From an uncultured Chloroflexia bacterium (GTDB lineage Bacteria > Chloroflexota > Limnocylindria > Limnocylindrales > CSP1-4): a stretch of DNA of 64,000 bases. The stretch is taken from contig CAWBFV010000004.1 in the NCBI GenBank assembly GCA_963788235.1, forward strand, positions 406,336 through 470,335. The letters are read 5' to 3'. The translations under genes and the position numbers were made by a program. Under the pieces are notes generated by a model, which worked only from the letters and a program-made list of their open reading frames with translations, did no database searches and was not told the DNA's origin. Positions 26,704-37,806 of this stretch are shown in pieces; the stretch's first letter is position 1; every line of letters begins with the position of its first letter.

Positions 26704-27512
26704 CGCACCGCCGCGACGGGGCCGACGAGGAGGCTGACGACTTCGGTCGGCGTCGACTTGCCCTTCAGGTCGAGGCTGCGCCGCTCGAGCCCGGGATCGA
26801 CGCCCGCGGCGAGCGCGGTCTCGACGGTCATGAGCACCTCGCCGGCATGCGCCGCCGCTCCAAGACGTGCGGCGATGTTGACGTTGTCGCCGAGGGCGGT
26901 CAGATCGGTATGCCGTTCATCGCCGACCGCACCGACCCACGCCGGCCCTGTCGCGACGCCCACGCCGACCGGCACCCATGGACCCCCGCGATCGTCGTGA
27001 CCGGTGGCGTGCAGGAGCGCGGTGGCCGTGTCGATCGCGGCGGCGGCGTAGCGCGGCCCGGACATCAGCGGGAAGTAGAACGCGACGATCTCGTCACCGA
27101 CGAACTTGTCGACGCCGCCGTCGTGGTCGAACACGACCTGGCTCGCGACCTTGTAGAAGCGATCGATCAGCGCTCGGAAGTCGGCCGCCGCCATGCCTTC
27201 CGCGATCGACGTCGAGCCGCGGATGTCCGCGAACAGGTAGCTGCCGTCGATCACCGCGCCGCCATGGTGCTGCTCCATGAAGTCGAAGCAGGAACTGCAG
27301 ACGTTCGGGTTCTTGTAGGCCGGCCGCTTGCCGATCGCTCGCATCACCGGCGCCGACGGACCCGCGAAGGGCGCCGCGCACAGCTTGCAGCGCGGGCCAT
27401 GGGGCAGCAGCCGGAGGAGGCGTCGAGCGCGCTTCTCCATCGCGTCGCCGCGAGTCAGGTACTCGCGCCAGAACGCTTCGTCGCTGGTCGTCGGTGGATC
27501 GCCGGCCGCCAT
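26700..27512 (-). CDS. class III adenylate/guanylate cyclase with an N-terminal Cys4 zinc-ribbon-like segment
   Basis: The ATG at 27512 gives 270 aa. CKLCAAPF...CSSCFDF is followed by the cyclase core FADIRGSTSI...KFVGDEIVAFY...GDNVNIAARL. Confidence 0.85.
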   Translation of the reverse strand: MAAGDPPTTSDEAFWREYLTRGDAMEKRARRLLRLLPHGPRCKLCAAPFAGPSAPVMRAIGKRPAYKNPNVCSSCFDFMEQHHGGAVIDGSYLFADIRGSTSIAEGMAAADFRALIDRFYKVASQVVFDHDGGVDKFVGDEIVAFYFPLMSGPRYAAAAIDTATALLHATGHDDRGGPWVPVGVGVATGPAWVGAVGDERHTDLTALGDNVNIAARLGAAAHAGEVLMTVETALAAGVDPGLERRSLDLKGKSTPTEVVSLLVGPVAAVR

Positions 27513-27549
27513 GGCGGGGTCAGCGTACTCCCGCCTCCGAGCGGCGCCG

Positions 27550-27822
27550 TCAGCCTCCGGCCATCGCCGGGAGCAGTACGAGCGTGTCGCCCTCACCGAC
27601 GGGTGTATCGAGCGCCTGGAGGTGCCGGACGTCGGTGTCGTTGAGGAACGCGTTCACGAAGCGGTTGAGATCGCCGTCATGGCCGATGAGCTGGGCTTCG
27701 AGCGCCGGGTGCGCCGTCACGAGTCCCGCGATGACCTCGCGGACCGTGCCACCCGGGACGGAGACCAGCTTCTCCCCGCCGGTCGACGTGCGCAGCGTCG
27801 GTGGGATCCGGACCGTGCTCAT
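27550..27822 (-). CDS. MoaD/ThiS-family sulfur-carrier protein (C-terminal Gly-Gly)
   Basis: 90 aa from the ATG at 27822, which forms an ATGA overlap with the upstream ThrC-like stop. The protein ends ...GDTLVLLPAMAGG-stop and has a beta-grasp-like length. Confidence 0.8.
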   Translation of the reverse strand: MSTVRIPPTLRTSTGGEKLVSVPGGTVREVIAGLVTAHPALEAQLIGHDGDLNRFVNAFLNDTDVRHLQALDTPVGEGDTLVLLPAMAGG

Positions 27823-29160
27823 GCCCCGCCCTCCAGCCACGACTCGAAGGCGCTGAGGCTCGGGCGGATCACCGGTGCCAGCCCCGGCTGACCGGGCCGT
27901 GCCCCGCCGGCATCCGCTGCCGGCACGCCGAGCGTGCGTGCGTCGGGCGTCTTGAGGCCGTTGCCGGTCAACAGCGCGACCACCTCGTCGCCTTCGCGGA
28001 TGATGCCCCGTCGCCGGGCGGCGGCCACGGCCCCCAGCGTCACGCCGCCGGCGGTCTCGGGATAGAGGCCCTCCAGGCGGGCGACGTCGCGGATCATCGC
28101 CGCGGTGACCTCATCGGGGATCGACTCGACCGAGCCGTCGCTCGCTCGGGCGAGCTCGACGACGTAGCGGCCATCAGCCGGGTTGCCGATCGCGAGCGAT
28201 CGGACGATCGTGTCGGGCTCGCGGACCGGCTCGATGACGTCGGTGCCGGCTGCCCAGGCGTCGGCGACCGGGGCGCAGCCCGTGGCCTGTGCCCCGACGA
28301 AGCGGATCGGCGCGGCGCTCGATGAGGCCGAGCTCGGCCAGCTCCTCGAACCCGCGGCCGACGCGGGTGAACATCGCGCCCGACGCCACCGGCCCGACGA
28401 TCACGTCGGGCGACCGCCAGCCGAGCGACTCGGCGATCTCGTAGGCGAGCGTCTTCGAGCCTTCGGCATAGAACGGGCGGAGGTTGATGTTGACGAAGCC
28501 CCAGCCGGTCTCGTCCGCGACCTCGAGGCACAGGCGGTTCACGTCGTCGTACGTGCCCGCGATCGGGACGACGGTCGCGCCGTAGGCGAGCGCGTGATCG
28601 ACCTTCTCGGGCTCGAGATCGGCCGGGATGAACACGTAGGCCGGCAGGCCGACTGCCGCTGCGGCAGCTGCGGTGGCCCCGGCGAGATTCCCGGTCGACG
28701 CGCACGCCAATGCTGGTACGCCGAACTCGACGGCACGGGCGGCGGCGATCGCGACGGCGCGATCCTTGAACGACAGCGACGGGTTGCGCGTGTCGTCCTT
28801 GAGCAGGAGGCGCTCGACCCCGAGCGTCGGCCCGAGGCGATCGGCGGACAGCAGCGGCGTCGAGCCGACCGGCAGTGACCGCGCCGGCCTGGCGTCGACC
28901 GGCAGCAGCTCCAGATAGCGCCAGATCCCGGGAGCGCGGGCGGCGATCGCCGCCGTGGTCAGCGTCTGGGCGACGACGCCGAGGTCGTAGGTGACCTCGA
29001 GTGGCCCGAAGCACGCCGGACAGACGTAGGCCATCGCGAGCGGCTGGGCATGCCCGCAGTTGCGACACGCCATCCCCGTGATCCGCGCACCGGCGGTTGG
29101 CGCGGTCGCGGTGGCCGCGCGGTCGGTCGTGGTCGGCGGGTTCAGGGTGTCGATGGTCAC
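27819..29160 (-). pseudogene. threonine synthase-like PLP enzyme with an N-terminal zinc ribbon (candidate homocysteine-forming enzyme), one frameshift
   Basis: GTG start at 29160. CRNCGH...CPACFGPLEV ribbon, PLP Lys in NPSLSFKDRAVA, then ASTGNLAG. After ...FEELAELGLIE the conserved continuation (APIRFVGAQATGCAPV...SLAIGNPADG...LEGLYPETAGG...LLTGNGLK) is in another frame. The shift is near 28305-28320. Confidence 0.85.
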
Positions 29161-29247
29161 GATGGGTCTCCAGGTCGCGTGGCGGCGGCGCGGACCGGTC
29201 GTGACGGGATCAGGACCCTGGTCGATGAGAGGGGCTCCGGAGAGTCC

Positions 29248-29351
29248 CGTATCTCGCAGGCTTGCCTGCCCGGACTTGGCACCTTGCCGACCTCGCGTCG
29301 GTAGGTTGTCGTGGCTTCAACGGGCCGGTCCCTCAGCCATCTCTTGATACG
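29248..29351 (-). promoter_or_regulatory. SAM-I (S-box) riboswitch aptamer
   Basis: The minus strand reads CGUAUCAAGAGAUGGCUGAGGGACCGGCCCGUUGAAGCCACGACAACC...GGUCGGCAAGGUGCCAAGUCCGGGCAGGCAAGCCUGCGAGAUACG. All hallmark S-box blocks are present (AUCAAGAG, GAGGGAC-GGCCC-UGAA-CC, GCAACC-like, GGUGCCAA-UCC, GCAG...GAGAUA), and the P1 helix is closed by GUAUC/GAUAC. It lies 88 nt upstream of the ThrC-like start. Confidence 0.9.
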
Positions 29352-29371
29352 TGCTCTTCGGTTGTGCGCAG

Positions 29372-29401
29372 ATGCTACGGGCGGCGGCTGCGAGTGGTCA
29401 A
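29372..29401 (-). promoter_or_regulatory. candidate promoter for the riboswitch-controlled operon
   Basis: Minus strand: TTGACC (29401-29396), an 18-nt spacer, then TAGCAT (29377-29372), about 20 nt upstream of the aptamer. Pattern only. Confidence 0.4.
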
Positions 29402-29586
29402 GGTCCGGTTCGGTGCCGGGCGGCGGGGGACCCGTGCCAGGTGACACGGCGCCGCCACTGCAGGAGCGGCATCCGGAGGACGAACCCTTCGTGGACCGGC
29501 GACGAGCGTGCAGCCTGGGTAGTGGATCCCTTCACGCCCGTGCGGAAGGTGCCACTGGCAGCGGCGCTGACCGATGGCCGCCGGCT

Positions 29587-31104
29587 TCAGCCCGCCGGCT
29601 TGAGCACGATCCAGGTCGTCTTCAGCTCGGTGTACTGGTCGTGGGCATGGACGGACTTGTCGTGGCCACCGAACCCCGATTGCTTGTAGCCGCCGAACGG
29701 CGTGGTCATGTCGCCCTCGGCGTAGGCGTTGACGGCCACGGTCCCGGCGCGCAGGTCGCGGGCGACGCGGTGGGCGACGTTCAGGTCGTCGGTGTAGATC
29801 GAGGCGGCCAGGCCGTAGGCCGTGTCGTTGGCGATCGCCACGGCCTCGGCCTCGGTGTCGAACTCGATGACCGACAGCACGGGTCCGAAGATCTCCTCCC
29901 GGGCGATCCGCATGTCGTTGCGGACGCCGTCGAAGATCGTCGGGCCGAGGAAATAGCCGCCGGTCTCCTCGAGGATCCGCTCGCCGCCGGTCACGAGGCG
30001 AGCGCCCTCCTGCCGGCCGATCTGCACGTACCCGAGGACTCGATCGAGGTGGGGCCGCGAGATCAGCGCGCCGATCTTCGTCGCCGGATCGAGCGGGTCG
30101 CCGACCGGCCACGACGCGAGCTCAGCCTTGAGCGCCTCGATCAGCGCGTCCTTGCGCGAGCGATGGACGATGAGCCGAGAGCCGGCGCTGCAGTTCTCGC
30201 CCATGTTCCAGAAGATCGCGACCGCCGCCTGGGAGGCGACGTGCGCCATGTCGGTGACGTCGCCGAAGACGATCTGCGGGCTCTTGCCACCGAGCTCCAG
30301 CAACACGCGCTTGAGGTTGGTTTCGGCCGACCACGCGAGGAAGCGCCGACCGACCTCGGTCGATCCCGTGAAGGCCACGCAATCGATGTCCGGGTGCCGC
30401 CCGATCGCCGCGCCGACCGTGTCGCCAGGCCCGGTCACCACGTTGAGGACGCCGTCCGGGATTCCCGCCTCAGCGCCAAGCTCCGCGATGCGGAGCAGGC
30501 TCAGCGACGTGGTCGAGGCGGGCTTGATGACGACGCTGTTCCCGGTCGCCAGCGCTGGACCGAGCTTCCACGCAGCCATCTGGGCCGGGTAGTTCCACGG
30601 CACGACCGCACCGACGACCCCGACGGGTTCCCGGGTGATCGTGGCCACGGTGCCCTCGGGGGAGGGCGCCACCTGGCCGTACAGCTTGTCGATCGCCTCG
30701 GCGTGCCAGCGGATGCATGCCGCGGTCTCGGGCATGTCGAGGCCGACGGTGTCGGAGATCGGCTTGCCGGCATCGATCGTCTCGATCAGCCCGAGCTCGC
30801 GCGCATTCGCCTCGATCAAGTCGGCCCAGGTGAGCAGGACCCGCTTGCGGGCACCGGGATCCATTCGCGCCCACACGCCGCGGTCCGCGGCCGAACGGGC
30901 AGCCGCCACGGCCGCGTCCACGTCGGCTGCGCCGCCCTCGGCGACGTCGGTGATCGACTGCCCGGTCGCCGGGTTCTCGGTCACGAATCGGCGTCCGTCG
31001 TTCGCTGGCCGGAAGTCGCCATCGATGAACAGATCCGTGCGCAAGCGCAGGCCGGCGAGCTCGCTCGCGGCGTCTTCCCGATCGGGGATCAGCGTGTCGG
31101 TCAT
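29587..31104 (-). CDS. NAD(P)-dependent aldehyde dehydrogenase
   Basis: The ATG at 31104 gives 505 aa. VVPWNYP, ELGGKSP and the catalytic Cys in GENCSAGSR; the protein ends ...FGGYKQSGFGGHDKS.... Confidence 0.9.
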   Translation of the reverse strand: MTDTLIPDREDAASELAGLRLRTDLFIDGDFRPANDGRRFVTENPATGQSITDVAEGGAADVDAAVAAARSAADRGVWARMDPGARKRVLLTWADLIEANARELGLIETIDAGKPISDTVGLDMPETAACIRWHAEAIDKLYGQVAPSPEGTVATITREPVGVVGAVVPWNYPAQMAAWKLGPALATGNSVVIKPASTTSLSLLRIAELGAEAGIPDGVLNVVTGPGDTVGAAIGRHPDIDCVAFTGSTEVGRRFLAWSAETNLKRVLLELGGKSPQIVFGDVTDMAHVASQAAVAIFWNMGENCSAGSRLIVHRSRKDALIEALKAELASWPVGDPLDPATKIGALISRPHLDRVLGYVQIGRQEGARLVTGGERILEETGGYFLGPTIFDGVRNDMRIAREEIFGPVLSVIEFDTEAEAVAIANDTAYGLAASIYTDDLNVAHRVARDLRAGTVAVNAYAEGDMTTPFGGYKQSGFGGHDKSVHAHDQYTELKTTWIVLKPAG

Positions 31105-31328
31105 CGGTGTCCCTCGCGCGGGTAGTGACGGATGGAGGGACCATGGTACGGCCTGACCTGTCCATCCGGGCCCCGGCCGCAACCGTTCCGCAACGTGGTA
31201 GCATCGGGCCAAGCGCGACTGTGGAAGCCGACTTCCGCCACGATTCGCCGGGGCATCCCCCGCGACATCGGGCGGTACGCGCGGCCGGTCGATCCGTGAG
31301 GCGATCGCCCGCGCCAAGGAGTCCACAG

Positions 31329-32990
31329 ATGGCCGCAACCCGACCCACCCGTCCCGATCACCCGCCGACGTCCGCCGCCGGTCGCACGCGTCCCGAGCTG
31401 GGCCGTCGCCTCCGGTCGAACCTGCCGACGGCCGAACTGGTCGAGGACGCGATCCGCGCGGGCGAAGGGCTGATCGCGGCTGAGGGTCCACTGGTCGTGC
31501 GGACCGGCAAGCACACGGGTCGGTCGCCACAGGACAAGTTCATCGTCGATGAGCCGTCCAGCACGGCCAAGATCTGGTGGGGCACGGTCAACCGGCCGAT
31601 CAGCGAGGCGAACTACGATCGGCTCCGGGCGCGGCTTGTCGCCTATTGCGCCGAGAAGGACCTGTACAGCCAGGACCTGCAGATCGGCGCGGACCCTGCC
31701 CACCAGCGGCGCCTGCGCGTCTACACGGAGACGGCCTGGGCCAGCATCTTCGCGCGCAACCTGTTCCGTCGGCCGAAGGCGACCGAGCTCATCGGCTTCG
31801 AACCGAACTTCACGATCATCTGCGTGCCATCGTTCCAGGCGGACCCGGGGACCGAGGGCACGCGCACGAGCACGGCGATCCTGCTCCACCTCGAGCGGAT
31901 GGAAGTGATCATCGTCGGCACCGAGTACGCCGGCGAGATCAAGAAGTCGGCATTCACGGTCATGAACTACCTGATGCCCGACGAGGGCGTGCTGCCGATG
32001 CACTCCTCCGTGAACGTCGGCCCGGCCGGTGACAGCGCGGTCTTCTTCGGCCTATCGGGGACCGGCAAGACCACGCTCTCGGCGGACCCGGAGCGCAGCC
32101 TCATCGGCGACGACGAGCACGGCTGGGGCGACAGCGGTCTGTTCAACTTCGAGGGCGGCTGTTACGCCAAGACGATCCGGCTCTCACCGATGTACGAGCC
32201 GGACATCTTCCAGACGACGAGGCGGTTCGGCACCGTGCTCGAGAACGTGGACGTCAACCCGGCGACGCGCGAGCTTGACCTCGATTCGGAGCGCTTCACC
32301 GAGAACACGCGCGGCGCATACCCGCTGCATTTCATCGGCAACGCGGATCCGACCGGGATGACCGTCCAGCCGCGGACCGTGATCCTGCTGACCGCCGACG
32401 CGTTCGGCGTGCTCCCGCCGATCGCGCGCCTGACCCATGCTCAGGCCGCCTATCACTTCATCAGTGGCTACACCGCGAAGCTCGCGGGCACCGAGATCGG
32501 GGTGAAGGAGCCGACCGCCACGTTCTCGGCCTGCTTCGGCGCGCCGTTCATGCCCCGCCACCCCGGGATGTACGCCCGGATGCTGACCGACCGATTGGCG
32601 GCCCAGGACGCCGCGGTCTGGCTGGTCAACACGGGCTGGACTGGTGGCCCGTACGGGACCGGCGAACGGATGAACATCGCCCACACCCGCTCGATGGTGC
32701 GTGCGGCGCTCGACGGCCGGCTCGCGAGCGTGCCGACGCGCACCGATCCGATCTTCAGGTTCGAGGTCCCGCTGACCTGCCCGGACGTGCCGGCCGAGTT
32801 CCTCGACCCGCGTGCGACGTGGGCGGACAAGGACGCCTACGACCGGCAGGCAGCCAGGCTCGCCGCGATGTTCGTCGCCAACTTCGACGGGTTCGCCGAA
32901 GGCACCGAGCCGGCGATCCGATCCGCGGGTCCGAGCGTCGAGCCCGGGATGCCACTACCGGACGTCGCCGAGGCGCCGGACGCGGGCTGA
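31329..32990 (+). CDS. pckA: phosphoenolpyruvate carboxykinase (ATP)
   Basis: The ATG at 31329 is preceded by AAGGAG. TGKHTGRSPQDKFIV, kinase-1a loop FFGLSGTGKTTLSADP, and IGDDEHGW. Confidence 0.95.
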   Translation: MAATRPTRPDHPPTSAAGRTRPELGRRLRSNLPTAELVEDAIRAGEGLIAAEGPLVVRTGKHTGRSPQDKFIVDEPSSTAKIWWGTVNRPISEANYDRLRARLVAYCAEKDLYSQDLQIGADPAHQRRLRVYTETAWASIFARNLFRRPKATELIGFEPNFTIICVPSFQADPGTEGTRTSTAILLHLERMEVIIVGTEYAGEIKKSAFTVMNYLMPDEGVLPMHSSVNVGPAGDSAVFFGLSGTGKTTLSADPERSLIGDDEHGWGDSGLFNFEGGCYAKTIRLSPMYEPDIFQTTRRFGTVLENVDVNPATRELDLDSERFTENTRGAYPLHFIGNADPTGMTVQPRTVILLTADAFGVLPPIARLTHAQAAYHFISGYTAKLAGTEIGVKEPTATFSACFGAPFMPRHPGMYARMLTDRLAAQDAAVWLVNTGWTGGPYGTGERMNIAHTRSMVRAALDGRLASVPTRTDPIFRFEVPLTCPDVPAEFLDPRATWADKDAYDRQAARLAAMFVANFDGFAEGTEPAIRSAGPSVEPGMPLPDVAEAPDAG

Positions 32991-33181
32991 GCTGCACCCG
33001 GCGGATCGTCCGGCGCGGCACAGGCGGTCCGGTGGGCGCTAAGGGCGCCGCCGTGGGTCGACGCAGAAACTAAGGGTCGGACCGAGTCGAAATCGGTCGG
33101 TCTAACGATGGCGCGCGGGCAAGTGCCGCCTACGGTGGGTTCACGTCCAACGAGACATGAACATCACCGGAGGCACGACCG

Positions 33182-33637
33182 ATGTCCCGAACCTGCACCA
33201 TCCAGTACGGCCGGACGATCGTCCTGGCGGTCATCGTTGCCGGGGCCGGCCTTGCGTGCGGGACCACCACCGCGGCGCCCGTAGCCGGCGACCAACCAGA
33301 TGTAGCGACGACGTCGCTGCAGACCGACTCGCGCGCCGTCCGGGTCAGCGATGTCGACGGGTCGATCGCCAATGCGCGAGCCGCGCAGCGTCAGCACGAC
33401 TGGCAGGCGATCCGCCGGTTCCAGGCCCAGATCATCGAGCGTCTCGGTCTGCCGGCCATCAGTGATGCCCGCGCGAGCTACCAGCGAGCCGTCGCTGACC
33501 TCGCGGCGGCCACAGCACGCGGCGACTCGAAGAGTCGTGCGGGGTTTCGAGCCGAACTCCACGCCATGTGCGAACCAGGCGGACTCGTCGGGGCGTTCGA
33601 GTCCTGCGACGGCGACGTCATCGTGTGGGGCGGCTGA
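33182..33637 (+). CDS. hypothetical secreted/lipoprotein-like protein
   Basis: 151 aa, with GGAGG 9 nt upstream. N-terminal hydrophobic segment ending ...AGAGLAC (lipobox-like). No family recognised. Confidence 0.5.
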   Translation: MSRTCTIQYGRTIVLAVIVAGAGLACGTTTAAPVAGDQPDVATTSLQTDSRAVRVSDVDGSIANARAAQRQHDWQAIRRFQAQIIERLGLPAISDARASYQRAVADLAAATARGDSKSRAGFRAELHAMCEPGGLVGAFESCDGDVIVWGG

Positions 33638-33687
33638 CTCCCTCCGCCGCAAGGACAGGATCGACGGCGTCCGTGCCCCTGGCCCGT

Positions 33688-36600
33688 ATGATCGGCGCCA
33701 ATATGCCCGCTCGGCTGTCGAGTCCGATCCTGATCGGTCGCGGTCCCCAGATGGACTCGCTGATGGACGCCCTCGGTCGCGCCGAAGGCGGCTCGCCGAC
33801 GATGGTGCTCGTCGGCGGTGAGGCCGGGATCGGAAAGAGCCGACTGGTCGCGGAGCTCGCTACCTACGCCAGAGCACGCGGCGATCTGGTGCTCGAAGGG
33901 GGGTGCGCGAGCCTGGGTTCGGGTGAGGGGCTGCCATTCGCTCCGATCGCTGAGGCGCTTCGCGATCTGCTGCGGTCCGGCGACCGCGCGCTCATCGACG
34001 ATGTCATCGATCCGACGACCCGCGAACTCGGGCGCCTCATCCCCGAGTTCCTCCGGGGCGACGGCGATGGCTTCGTGCACGATGCACCTGCCGACTGGGC
34101 CCAGACTCGACTGTTCGAAGCGTTCCTGACCCTGCTCGAGCGCCTCGGTGAGCGACGCCCGGTGGTGCTGGTGATCGAGGACATCCATTGGGCCGATCGC
34201 TCGACCCGCGATCTGATGGACTTCGTCGCCCGGCGGCTTCGGGACGAACGCTTGCTCGTCATCGCGACCTATCGGACCGATGAGCTCCATCGACGCCACC
34301 CACTCCGGCCGTGGCTCGCGGAACTGAGCCGCCTTGCCCGTGTCGAACAGATGGAGCTCCCCCGCTTCGAGCGGGAAGAGGTCGGCGAGCTCCTGGCTGC
34401 CATCGAGGGCGGCAGCCCATCGGCATCCATCGTGGACGCGATCGCCTCGAGAGCGGGCGGCAATCCGTTCTTCAGCGAAGAGTTGCTGGCCGCTGGGTCC
34501 GCCGCCTCGACCGTCCTGCCCGCCCGACTCCGAGATGTCCTCCTGGGGCGTATCGGATCGCTGTCAGCGTCGGCCACCCGCCTCGTCGAGGCGGCGTCAG
34601 CGGCAGGCGGCACGGTCGATCACGACCTGCTCGGCACCGTGCTCGACATGGACGACGCCGCGTTAGCGGATGCGATCGAGGAGGCGATCGCTTCGACTGT
34701 CCTCGTCCCGGTCGACGGCGATGCGGCCGGTGGCAGCTATGCGTTCCGGCACGCCCTGCTCGGCGAGGCGGTCTATGACGAGATGCTGGCGTCGGAACGG
34801 CGCCGGCTCCACGCGGCGTTCTCGGCTGCGCTGGCCTCGCAGTCGACGCCGGAGGGAGCAGCCGGCGCGAGCCACCTTGCGGCGCTGGCCCACCACGCGT
34901 CGGCGGCCAACGACCTGCCGCTGGCGTTGCGCGCGTCGATCGCGGCCGCGCGAGCGAGCACGGCGACCTCCGGGTTCTTCGAGGCGGCCCGCGCATACGA
35001 GCGAGCGATCGCGCTCTGGGACTCCGTCCCCGAGGCGGGCCGGCCGTCGGGCGAGGATCACGTCGAGCTCTTGTTCGAGACATCGGGCGCGTTCCACACC
35101 GCAGGCGAAGCGGAACGGGCACGCGATGCCGCCGCCCTTGCCGCGACCGGCGTCGATGCGGCCCTCCAGCCGCTGCGATCTGCGCGGGTGCAGGAACGAC
35201 TGGCGTGGTCCATCTACCACACTGGCGACGTCGCCGGAGCCATCCGCGTCCTGGACAAGGTGATCGAGCGGCTCGCCGAGCTGCCGCCGTCCGCCGAGTG
35301 CGCCGGGTGTCTGGCGGCGCTAGCCACGCTGACCCTGTATGTCGGACGCTACCGAGAGGCGGCGGAGATCGCAGAACGCGCGATCGGGATGAGTCAAGCG
35401 GTCGAATCAGCGGATCGCGAGATCGAAGCGATGGGCGTGCTGGGCGCGGCCCTCGCCATCGTCGGCGAGTGTGATCGCGGCCTCGATGTGCTCCGCCAAG
35501 CGCTTGCCAAGGCGCACGAGCTTGGCGACCCGGTCCTCATCAGCACGAGCTACCTCTCGTTGGCAAGCACATTGTTCGATTGCGACGCGCTCGACGACGC
35601 GGTCGCGATTGGCCTGGAGGGCTCCGCCTGGGCGCGTGGCCTGCGGGTCCCCGGCTTCGATACGATGGCGGTCGAGAGCCTCCTGCCGCTCGGCCGATTG
35701 CGCGAAGCCACGGCGATCATCGCGAGCATGCCGAACGAGTTCGATGGCGGAGTCGGCTGGAGCTGGAACGGGGTCTTCGCCGGGATCATCGCAGTCCGGA
35801 CTGGGCGCCTCGACGAGGCGCAGGCGCTGCACGAGATCCGGAGCGTCTCGACCGCGACGCTGGCGGATGCCGCGTTCGGCGGCAACCTCGCTGGCGGCCT
35901 GATCGAGCTCGCGCTTGCAGAGGGACGACTCGATGACGCTCGGGGGATCGTTGACGAGAGCCTCGTCTGGCTGGCGGATGCCGATGACGTTCGCTTCCGC
36001 TCACGCGTCCTGCGGCTCGGTGTCTCGGTCGAGGCGGAAGCCGCGACCAACGCCAGGGCGCGACGAGACGCCGATGCCGAGCAAGCGGCGCGGGCGGTCG
36101 GTGAAGGGAGGCTGGAACGCCTCAGGGAATTGGTGGCTGCCTACGATGATGGGGTGAGCCCGGTGTTCGGCGAAGCGCGCGTGAATCGGGCGATCGCCGA
36201 GGCAGAGGGCACGCGACTCGTTGACCGCCCGGACCCGGACGCCTGGATGAGCGCGGCGAACCGCCTCCGCGTCCCTCGTCGTCCATATGAGTTGGCATGG
36301 TGTCGGTACCGGCAGGCCGAGGCGATGCTCGCGTCGCGCGCGCCACGACCCGATGTCGGCGACGTCCTCGGCGAGGCGTTGCGGCTCGCAGACGAGATCG
36401 GGGCAGGGCTGCTCGTCGACGCCATCCGGAACCTGGCGCGCATCGCTCGATTGGAATTGCCGTCACCAGTGGAGCCGGTGTCGCCCGATGACGTTGGTGC
36501 GGGGGGGATCCCGGGCCCGGCCGGGGACGTCGCCGATCCGTACGGGCTTACGGCTCGCGAGCGGGAGGTACTCGCCCTGCTCGTCGAGGGCCAGACCAAC

Positions 36601-36735
36601 CGGCGCATCGCCCAGGCCCTTTTCATCAGCGAGAGCACCGCGAGCGTCCACGTGTCCAACATCATCGGAAAGCTCGGCGTGTCGAATCGGGTCGAAGCCG
36701 CCGCGGCCGCGCTGCGGTCTGGCCTGGCGCATTGA
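33688..36735 (+). CDS. large ATP-binding LuxR-family regulator (LAL/STAND type)
   Basis: About 1015 aa. N-terminal P-loop VGGEAGIGKSRL, Walker B-like VVLVIEDIHWAD, a long helical-repeat middle region, and a C-terminal HTH LTAREREVLALLVEGQTNRRIAQALFISESTASVHVSNIIGKLGV. The start is ATG 33688 or 33703. Confidence 0.9.
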   Translation: MIGANMPARLSSPILIGRGPQMDSLMDALGRAEGGSPTMVLVGGEAGIGKSRLVAELATYARARGDLVLEGGCASLGSGEGLPFAPIAEALRDLLRSGDRALIDDVIDPTTRELGRLIPEFLRGDGDGFVHDAPADWAQTRLFEAFLTLLERLGERRPVVLVIEDIHWADRSTRDLMDFVARRLRDERLLVIATYRTDELHRRHPLRPWLAELSRLARVEQMELPRFEREEVGELLAAIEGGSPSASIVDAIASRAGGNPFFSEELLAAGSAASTVLPARLRDVLLGRIGSLSASATRLVEAASAAGGTVDHDLLGTVLDMDDAALADAIEEAIASTVLVPVDGDAAGGSYAFRHALLGEAVYDEMLASERRRLHAAFSAALASQSTPEGAAGASHLAALAHHASAANDLPLALRASIAAARASTATSGFFEAARAYERAIALWDSVPEAGRPSGEDHVELLFETSGAFHTAGEAERARDAAALAATGVDAALQPLRSARVQERLAWSIYHTGDVAGAIRVLDKVIERLAELPPSAECAGCLAALATLTLYVGRYREAAEIAERAIGMSQAVESADREIEAMGVLGAALAIVGECDRGLDVLRQALAKAHELGDPVLISTSYLSLASTLFDCDALDDAVAIGLEGSAWARGLRVPGFDTMAVESLLPLGRLREATAIIASMPNEFDGGVGWSWNGVFAGIIAVRTGRLDEAQALHEIRSVSTATLADAAFGGNLAGGLIELALAEGRLDDARGIVDESLVWLADADDVRFRSRVLRLGVSVEAEAATNARARRDADAEQAARAVGEGRLERLRELVAAYDDGVSPVFGEARVNRAIAEAEGTRLVDRPDPDAWMSAANRLRVPRRPYELAWCRYRQAEAMLASRAPRPDVGDVLGEALRLADEIGAGLLVDAIRNLARIARLELPSPVEPVSPDDVGAGGIPGPAGDVADPYGLTAREREVLALLVEGQTNRRIAQALFISESTASVHVSNIIGKLGVSNRVEAAAAALRSGLAH

Positions 36736-36755
36736 CGACGGTTCGCGCGGCCTGA

Positions 36756-37745
<990 letters not shown>

Positions 37746-37806
37746 CGCTGCTCCGTGGCGGGCGTCCGAGTCGCGGCCGGCCGATCGGTTGCCGCGACCT
37801 CCCCGA

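Noticed and set aside
33182-36735. Considered whether the STAND-type NTPase with its small upstream ORF could be an anti-phage (Avs-like) defence locus.
   Set aside because: The C-terminus is a standard LuxR HTH and the architecture matches LAL-family transcription activators. No nuclease or other effector domain is recognisable.
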